Shown: in pieces, positions 54,167 through 60,183 of the stretch
Layout of the letters: the number at the start of each line of letters is the position of its first letter
How positions within the stretch are numbered: position 1 is the stretch's first letter
Origin: an uncultured Gammaproteobacteria bacterium
Lineage (GTDB): Bacteria; Patescibacteriota; Microgenomatia; Levybacterales; GWA1-39-11
Length of the DNA: 60,183 bases
NCBI GenBank assembly: GCA_964360265.1
Contig: CAYHUY010000002.1
Span: 1 to 60,183 of the forward strand
Reading direction: 5' to 3'
Notes under the pieces: model-generated
What the model saw: the letters and a program-made list of their open reading frames with translations, nothing else
The model's database searches: none
Told to the model about the DNA's origin: nothing
Made by a program: the position numbers and the translations under genes

Positions 54167-55183
54167 ATGGTTTCCCCCGACTCAGACTCTCGATACCATC
54201 CCCACCCAGAGTCGCTTCCGCCTATAAACGGCGACTTTACAGGAAAAGATATTGTCTCGCTGACCCAATTTGACCGAACATCTATTGAAATCTTATTCTC
54301 AGAAGCGGCTAAAATGGAAGCAAATCTAAACAAAGGTACCGTTCCTCAAGTACTTAATGGAAAGGCTATGTTTTCATGTTTTAGCGAGGCTTCAACCAGA
54401 ACTAGACTTTCATTCGAAAGCGCCCATCTCCGATTGGGAGGTGATCAACCTTTGCAGGGGCCAAACCTACCGCGTCTTGAGGATCCGTATTTTGACTATG
54501 ATGTTTCGAGTTTGACATACTATCCCGATGTTATTGTGCTTAGGCACCCAGAGTCCGGTTCTAGCTTACGGGCGTCAGAAGCAATAAGAGAATCCGGCGG
54601 CCGCGTTGTCCCTGTCATTAATGCAGGAGACGGAATAAATGAGCACCCAACTCAGGCAATGCTAGATATGTATACAATCATGAAAAGACTTGGAAGGCTT
54701 AACAATTTAAAAGGTGTAATTTCGGGAGATCCAAGAAATCAGCGGGCAGTGCATTCCCTTCTTAACGCCCTTGCAATGTATGAGGGAAACCAAGTTTATC
54801 TCTTATCTCCCTCAGAACTTTCACTTCCTTCTGAAAAAATTGCCGACCTAAGGTCTAAAGGACTTTTTGTTAAGGAGATAAAATCCGGCCGACAAATTCC
54901 AAGAGGTGCGGATTTTTGGTATTGGACAAGAATAATGAGGGAGCGGTTTGACTCTGAGGAAGAATATGAAGCAGCAAAAGCCAAAGAGCAAAGATTAACG
55001 GCTCGTCTTATTGAGACTCGCGGCCGAGAAGACTTGTTTATAATGCACGTTGGTCCCGTTACTGACGAGGTGGATCAAAAAGTTCATGATAACGAGCCCC
55101 GCTTCATACCTTTTGAACAGGTTCGAAATGGACTATATGTCAGGATGGCGCTTTTGGCCCTGGTCCTCGGCAAAGTCAAATAA
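54167..55183 (+). CDS. aspartate/ornithine carbamoyltransferase-family protein (divergent ATCase-like)
   Basis: The motifs STRTR, VLRHPESG, HPTQAMLD and RAVHS are present. The track's upstream extension from 53969 overlaps the hydrolase and is unlikely to be real. Confidence 0.7.
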   Translation: MVSPDSDSRYHPHPESLPPINGDFTGKDIVSLTQFDRTSIEILFSEAAKMEANLNKGTVPQVLNGKAMFSCFSEASTRTRLSFESAHLRLGGDQPLQGPNLPRLEDPYFDYDVSSLTYYPDVIVLRHPESGSSLRASEAIRESGGRVVPVINAGDGINEHPTQAMLDMYTIMKRLGRLNNLKGVISGDPRNQRAVHSLLNALAMYEGNQVYLLSPSELSLPSEKIADLRSKGLFVKEIKSGRQIPRGADFWYWTRIMRERFDSEEEYEAAKAKEQRLTARLIETRGREDLFIMHVGPVTDEVDQKVHDNEPRFIPFEQVRNGLYVRMALLALVLGKVK

Positions 55184-55187
55184 GTTG

Positions 55188-55235
55188 CCGTTAGGTGCCG
55201 CTACAATTCCACCCGTCGGGTGGCTTAGGGGGGGT
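55188..55235. repeat. REP-like element, family D (degenerate)
   Basis: CCGTTAGGTG-ccgctacaatt-CCACCCGTCGGGTGG-cttaggggggg. It shares GCTACAATTCCACC with the copy at 9693..9744. Confidence 0.55.
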
Positions 55236-56026
55236 TAGCTTGAGGCGGAGGAGTAGTTTTTGAGAGAGTAGCGCCAGAAGACAATTGATAGCCACAGAAA
55301 AACAGCGCCGACAATAAAGGATATTAAGACCGCAAACGGCGAGAGCAGTCCAAGAATCGCCTTTCCCGGATATGTCACCATTATGCCCACGGGGATTGCA
55401 AAAGTGAGAAGTGCGCGGAGAGGTTGTTGATAAATATCAATAGGAAATCTTCCCATCTGCGTCAAGTCTCGATAAAGCCAAATTGTGTTGTCCACCTCCG
55501 TAGTCAAAACGCCTATCGCAAGAACAAAAATATGAAATGCAAGTGCAATAATTAATCCATTTAAAATAAGACTGAAATACAAGATCGTGCTTGCGAGAGA
55601 AACGCTTCCTATGTTAATAATCGAAACGGCAACTAATCCAACTGAAAGAAAAATAATAGGTATGTCAAGCGGATCACCCCCACCAAAAAGAGAACGGAAT
55701 AATGGCGAGAGTGGACGTGTTAAGAAAAAGTCAAAATCTCCGGTTACTATGTACCAGCGAAACCTATAAACTTCCCGCAAGAAAAACTGAGCAAAAACAT
55801 CTATTATGTTAAATGTTGCAAAGAACAAAATCACCTCCCATAAAGAGTACCCGACTATTGCCCCTGTTCTTGTCGCAATAATTATCAAAAAGAGGAGGAA
55901 AAACACAAAACGAATCAGTTTTCCAAAAACAAAGAGTATAGCACCAAACCGAGATGTAAGAGCTATTTGCGAAGCTTTGGTGGTAAGTAACCACCAAACC
56001 CTTATGTATTTTCGGAATTCTCTCAT
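55235..56026 (-). CDS. ABC-2 family transporter permease
   Basis: 263-aa polytopic membrane protein, last gene of the ATPase-permease-permease operon. Confidence 0.7.
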   Translation of the reverse strand: MREFRKYIRVWWLLTTKASQIALTSRFGAILFVFGKLIRFVFFLLFLIIIATRTGAIVGYSLWEVILFFATFNIIDVFAQFFLREVYRFRWYIVTGDFDFFLTRPLSPLFRSLFGGGDPLDIPIIFLSVGLVAVSIINIGSVSLASTILYFSLILNGLIIALAFHIFVLAIGVLTTEVDNTIWLYRDLTQMGRFPIDIYQQPLRALLTFAIPVGIMVTYPGKAILGLLSPFAVLISFIVGAVFLWLSIVFWRYSLKNYSSASS

Positions 56027-56031
56027 TTCTC

Positions 56032-56832
56032 TTATCTTCCGTATGCCGTATAAACTCGCAGCCCTCTCTGCCAGATAAATTTAAGCACTTGCGACAATAT
56101 AAGAATCCAGACAAACGATATAAGAATTCCCCTCATAATCTCAAGTGTCTCAAGCTGCCCTAGATAAATCTTGAGCGGGAAAAACAAAAGGTAGGTGAAG
56201 GGAAGAAGCTCGAGAATTGAAAAAAGCGGTTTTGGTAAAATATCAAGAGGAAATAGTCCCCCTGAGAAGAAAGTAAGAACCGTTATGAAAATGAATCGCG
56301 GAGCCCAAACTTCGGCACTCCAAAACCCAATAGACCCAAGCAGAAAATTTATGATAAAGTATAAAGCTAGGGCAAGCGCGCAAGAGACCAGAGCAAGCGC
56401 AATCAATCCTAAATTTTGCTGAATAAATATAGGTGGTTTAAGAATCAAAAAAAGGATAGTAAGTTCAATAGCTGAAAAAACTATATTCATTGCTTTATCG
56501 CCAAGGTCTCGCGAGAATTGATAGATAAAGTAATTTATTGGGCGAAGCAAGAAGTTAGACAGATTGCCGTTGTTTATTTCTTCTCCAACCTCATAGCTTC
56601 TATTTGAAATGACAATAGAACTTACAAGCGCTGTTCCAAGAATATAGGTAAGCATCAACTCCCGAGTATACCCTAAGATTTCTTGGCTCGGTGAAAGTAA
56701 TGCCGACCAAAGAAAATACATTGTTAATATGGAAAGCACAAGTCTAGCTCGCCACATTATAAAATTTAATCTATAGGCAAGAGTCTGATCCCATGTATTT
56801 CTTGCAACCAGAAAATATTTATTTAGTTTCAT
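56032..56832 (-). CDS. ABC-2 family transporter permease
   Basis: 266-aa polytopic membrane protein whose start overlaps the ATPase gene's 3' end. Confidence 0.7.
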   Translation of the reverse strand: MKLNKYFLVARNTWDQTLAYRLNFIMWRARLVLSILTMYFLWSALLSPSQEILGYTRELMLTYILGTALVSSIVISNRSYEVGEEINNGNLSNFLLRPINYFIYQFSRDLGDKAMNIVFSAIELTILFLILKPPIFIQQNLGLIALALVSCALALALYFIINFLLGSIGFWSAEVWAPRFIFITVLTFFSGGLFPLDILPKPLFSILELLPFTYLLFFPLKIYLGQLETLEIMRGILISFVWILILSQVLKFIWQRGLRVYTAYGR

Positions 56833-57829
56833 CTTTTGATGTCCTTATTTCGGTGGCGCCTTGTTGAAATACCTTCCTTATAATATCTTCGATCTCCGGT
56901 TCTGCAATTATTACGTCTTCTACGGGCAGTTTTTTAAGAATTTGAGAAGATACATCGCTTATCCTTTTGTAAGGAACCGAAATTACCGCCTCAGGATAGG
57001 TGAATGATTTTAATTCTCCAAAGCTTTCCATTTCGCCGGGAACCACTTCCTTTCGAAGTGTTACCTTAACAATTCTGTAAGGCGCATGTCTCTTAACAAG
57101 ATCAGAAAGCTTTCCGTCAAAAAGAATTTTTCCGTGATTTATGATAATAACACGCTTGCAAAGCGCCTCAACGTCTCTCATGTAATGACTTGTAAGAATT
57201 ATGGTTGCGCCATATCGCCTGTTATATTCTTTTATAAATTCACGAAGTGTTTTTTGCATAACAACATCAAGTCCAAGAGTCGGCTCATCCAAAAATAAAA
57301 CGCGCGGAGAGTGAAGGACTGATGATATAAACTCGCATTTCATTCTCTGTCCCAATGACAATTTTTTTACAGGCGTTTTTAGAATGTCTGAAACATCAAG
57401 GAGCGAAACTAGGGCATCGAGAGTTTTCTTAAATTTATCATCCGGCACCTCATAAATTTCTTTATTAAGGATAAATGTTTCCATTGGCGGCAAATCCCAC
57501 CAGAGCTGGTTTCTTTGCCCCATTACAAGGGTTATTTGTTTTAAGAAACTATCCTTTCTGTCAGAAGGGGTAAAGCCTAAAACTTTTACGCTCCCGCTTG
57601 TCGGATAGAGAAGTCCTGAAAGACATTTTAACGTTGTGGTCTTTCCGGCGCCGTTTGGACCAATAAATCCAACAAGTTCGCCCTCGGCTATTTCAAAAGA
57701 TATATCGTCAACCGCTTTTACTTCTTCATACTTTCGATTCACAAAAGAAGAGAGCGATCCCCAAAACCCCACCTCTTTTTTATTTACTCTGTAATATTTT
57801 GAAAGATTTTTAACCTCAATAGCATCCAC
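56819..57829 (-). CDS. ABC transporter ATP-binding protein
   Basis: Walker A GPNGAGKTTT, the signature LSLGQRMK, and Walker B LFLDEPTLGLD, followed by a C-terminal extension. Confidence 0.9.
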   Translation of the reverse strand: MDAIEVKNLSKYYRVNKKEVGFWGSLSSFVNRKYEEVKAVDDISFEIAEGELVGFIGPNGAGKTTTLKCLSGLLYPTSGSVKVLGFTPSDRKDSFLKQITLVMGQRNQLWWDLPPMETFILNKEIYEVPDDKFKKTLDALVSLLDVSDILKTPVKKLSLGQRMKCEFISSVLHSPRVLFLDEPTLGLDVVMQKTLREFIKEYNRRYGATIILTSHYMRDVEALCKRVIIINHGKILFDGKLSDLVKRHAPYRIVKVTLRKEVVPGEMESFGELKSFTYPEAVISVPYKRISDVSSQILKKLPVEDVIIAEPEIEDIIRKVFQQGATEIRTSKDETK

Positions 57830-57851
57830 TATAATATTCTATCGAATATTA

Positions 57852-57938
57852 ATTTTAAATACTACCAATTTCAAATCATTACCAATTTCCGATGATTTTA
57901 ATTGGATATTTGATATTTGAAATTAGAAATTTGAAATT
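57852..57938. repeat. non-coding relative of the 77-nt AT-rich element
   Basis: AAATACTACCAATTTCAAATCATTACCAATTTCCGATGATTTTA, then GGATATT-TGATATT-TGAAATT-AGAAATT-TGAAATT. It lies between the xer stop and the ABC ATPase start. Confidence 0.7.
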
Positions 57939-57940
57939 GA

Positions 57941-58924
57941 CTAGGGGCGGTTGCCCTGGTGGAATTTTTTGTGGATTTCTCGCAACTGAGGATTCGTAAC
58001 GTGCGTGTAGATTTGAGTAGTTGATATGTTCTTGTGACCTAACATTTCCTGAACTGAGCGAAGATCGGCGCCATTCGACAATAAATCGGTGGCGAAGCTA
58101 TGACGAAGCGTGTGAGGTGAGGCCTTAATGGGAATTCGTGCGGCCGCAACATACTTATCAACAATTCGTTCAATTGATCGGGGGGAAAGCCTCATTTTTT
58201 CGCCATCGTTTTCGAAGGATTTTTCTTTTGAGTACCTTATAAATGCCGGCTTCCATGGATCCTCCCGTTTCTCAAAATACTGTGAAAGCCAATTCGCCGC
58301 CGCATCGGACATAAAGACTACTCGTGCCCGGCCTCCTTTTCCTATTATGCCGAACTCGCGGGTGTCAAAATTAATTTGGTCGCGATTGAGCCTGGTAAGC
58401 TCTGAAACGCGAAGCCCGGTTGAAAAAAGCATTTCAAGTATGCTTCGGTCCCGCAGGGCTTTTTCGTCTTTTTTCGAAATGTCAACTGAATTAAACAAAT
58501 CCTGAAGGTGATTTTTATCAAGAAACTTCAAAGATTTACTTTCTGATTTTGGTAAATCAATTTTGTCAGGAGATAAAGTTTCATGATCTGATCGAATTAG
58601 AAATTTTAAAAAGGAGCGAAGTGCAATAATATAATAGGACTGAGTAACGCGTTTAAGAGTCATGCCGCGCGCGTCTACAAAATTGGAAAGGTAAAGGCGG
58701 TATTTTCGAACCTTGTCGATATTAATATCCTTTATCCCTAGCCCCGGATAATTTTTGGCAAACCACTGATCAAATCTTTTAAGATATAAACGGTAATTGC
58801 GAATAGTTAACTTTGAAGAATTTTTTTCAATTTCTAAATATTCGAGAAATTGCTGAACATATCTTTGTATTTCTGAATTATTGTTTTCCATGTAAATTAG
58901 TACCGCCAATATATTAAACGACAT
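57941..58924 (-). CDS. tyrosine recombinase XerC/XerD family
   Basis: The C-terminal catalytic region reads HTLRHSFATDLLSNGADLRSVQEMLGHKNISTTQIYTHV. An alternative start is at 58891 (MENNNSE). Confidence 0.85.
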   Translation of the reverse strand: MSFNILAVLIYMENNNSEIQRYVQQFLEYLEIEKNSSKLTIRNYRLYLKRFDQWFAKNYPGLGIKDINIDKVRKYRLYLSNFVDARGMTLKRVTQSYYIIALRSFLKFLIRSDHETLSPDKIDLPKSESKSLKFLDKNHLQDLFNSVDISKKDEKALRDRSILEMLFSTGLRVSELTRLNRDQINFDTREFGIIGKGGRARVVFMSDAAANWLSQYFEKREDPWKPAFIRYSKEKSFENDGEKMRLSPRSIERIVDKYVAAARIPIKASPHTLRHSFATDLLSNGADLRSVQEMLGHKNISTTQIYTHVTNPQLREIHKKFHQGNRP

Positions 58925-59049
58925 AGCAAGAATTATGTCAACCCAATTAAAACGGGGTCAAGAAATAGCCCTTGAGGTTTCATAGGCTTTCAATCCCCCA
59001 CTAAAGCTTGGTTTGCCAAATAAATATTTTTTTGATATAAAGAGGAAGA

Positions 59050-59598
59050 ATGAATAAATTTATAGTACCTGCCGCCGTTGTTGCAATAATTGCAGCTGTT
59101 GGTGTAATTACTTATACGCTCGGGGTTGCTCAATCCGATAGGCAAGCCGCAACTTCTTATGTCACGCCGGCACCGAGCCCTATCTCCGAAACACCCGTAC
59201 CAACCAGTGCGCCAACAAGTGAACCACAAAAAGCTTCGGGCAAATCTACAGTAATAGAAAATATTCAAGCGGCGGTTCAATCAAAAAACTATGCGGCCCT
59301 TGAAGGATACATGGCCGACAATGTAAATGTCCTTCTTTATGCCACTGAATGCTGCGGAATTGTTTCGAAGCAAAAGGCGATCGAACAACTGTCTTATCTA
59401 AACGGCGGGACGCCTCCCTGGGATTTTTCCTCAAACAGCCAAATAGCGCAAAAACTAATTAATGCCGATCCTGCTAATTTTACGAATAGAATAATTGGAA
59501 TTGCTTCAAACGGCATGGTCGTTTCGTTTAGCTTAAACAGCGAAAGCAAGATCGATAAAATCTTTATCTCCGCCGACTACAAACTCATCTCCCCCTAA
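59050..59598 (+). CDS. membrane-anchored hypothetical protein
   Basis: N-terminal TM segment (FIVPAAVVAIIAAVGVITY), a Pro/Ser/Thr linker, then a globular domain I do not recognise. Confidence 0.55.
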   Translation: MNKFIVPAAVVAIIAAVGVITYTLGVAQSDRQAATSYVTPAPSPISETPVPTSAPTSEPQKASGKSTVIENIQAAVQSKNYAALEGYMADNVNVLLYATECCGIVSKQKAIEQLSYLNGGTPPWDFSSNSQIAQKLINADPANFTNRIIGIASNGMVVSFSLNSESKIDKIFISADYKLISP

Positions 59599-59602
59599 TG
59601 GT

Positions 59603-59947
59603 TTATTTTCGAAGATTAGCAGCTAGCGGATAAACTGCCTTGTATGTTCTTTGAGCAAGTTCTGCCCCAATTATTACTAGTTCGGGAATCTGATGATTTC
59701 CAATACCGGGATTATCCGATATTTCATTTCTTTCTCCCTTTAAATATTTTACATATTCGTTCACAAGTTCCATACCTGATGGTTCTCTTCTTAGAATCTC
59801 CGCCATTGCTGAAGCTCTCTTTTGTGTATCAAGATATACCTGAGCTTGTTCGCTTATGTCAAGTGATGCCGCTACGGATGAAGTCTCTCTTGCGTGTCGA
59901 ATCAAATGGACAACTCCCCTTGCCATTACATCTGTTTTGCTTCTCAC
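59603..59947 (-). CDS. hypothetical protein
   Basis: 114-aa ORF whose start overlaps the upstream ORF's stop by 4 nt (ATGA), suggesting an operon. Confidence 0.45.
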   Translation of the reverse strand: MRSKTDVMARGVVHLIRHARETSSVAASLDISEQAQVYLDTQKRASAMAEILRREPSGMELVNEYVKYLKGERNEISDNPGIGNHQIPELVIIGAELAQRTYKAVYPLAANLRK

Positions 59948-60183
59948 ATAGCTTGTTCCGCTACTGCCACGCTGCTTGCTGTAGTTATTGAGCCATAGGC
60001 AATATCCATAAGTAAGATAAATGGGCCAATATATCCATTATCTAAGCTAATAAGCGCAGACATTTGGATAGTATCAGCTAATTCTTCTCGTATGTAAGAG
60101 GAAGCAAGAAATCTTGGTGTAATTCTTCCACCTCTCTCGCTTTTTTTTCTCGCATTAAGGTCACGTAATCTTCTTGTCACCAC
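59944..60183 (-). CDS. hypothetical protein, 5' end outside the window
   Basis: The reading frame stays open to the window edge. No motif recognised. Confidence 0.4.
   Translation of the reverse strand: MVTRRLRDLNARKKSERGGRITPRFLASSYIREELADTIQMSALISLDNGYIGPFILLMDIAYGSITTASSVAVAEQAM

Overview
Gene-dense, AT-rich bacterial chromosome segment using the standard genetic code (TAA, TAG and TGA all end good genes). The content looks like a small-genome Patescibacteria/CPR-type organism, which is an inference. Supporting signs are a ThrRS without its N-terminal editing half, a trigger factor too short to hold a PPIase domain, a short PheT, a large type IV pilus locus, PPDK, and isolated purD, folD and pyrB-like genes.

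Main blocks:
- a minus-strand tRNA cluster (1-652)
- two RAYT (IS200-like Y1 transposase) genes, each bracketed by its own REP-like hairpin family
- thrS-infC-rpmI-rplT-pheS-(NUDIX)-pheT
- PBP1A, tyrS, purD, recG
- rpmF-nusB-rnc-rpsP-KH-trmD
- a minus-strand pilus operon (pilA, pilD, five pilin-like genes, a PilX-like gene, pilM/N/O)
- ppdK, holB and pilB(broken)-pilT-pilC
- gyrB-ppa-gyrA, folD, an S9-type hydrolase and an ATCase-like gene
- a three-gene ABC-2 transporter and a Xer-type recombinase

Most unusual observations:
1. A tRNA-Val(TAC) gene is split in its D-arm by a 110-nt insert that carries a complete second tRNA-Val(TAC).
2. A second locus has a complete tRNA-Val(GAC) followed by the same conserved spacer and an extra, compensatorily mutated 3' half.
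3. At least four co-varying REP-like hairpin families are present. Some supply the stop codon or C-terminus of genes.
4. Heptanucleotide tandem arrays occur inside and outside coding sequence.
5. A 77-nt AT-rich element encodes near-identical 31-aa leaders on two otherwise different pilins.
6. Small GC-rich palindromes sit in-frame in N-terminal coding regions.
7. pilB carries one in-frame TAA just after the Walker A motif.

I saw no rRNA genes and no CRISPR array.
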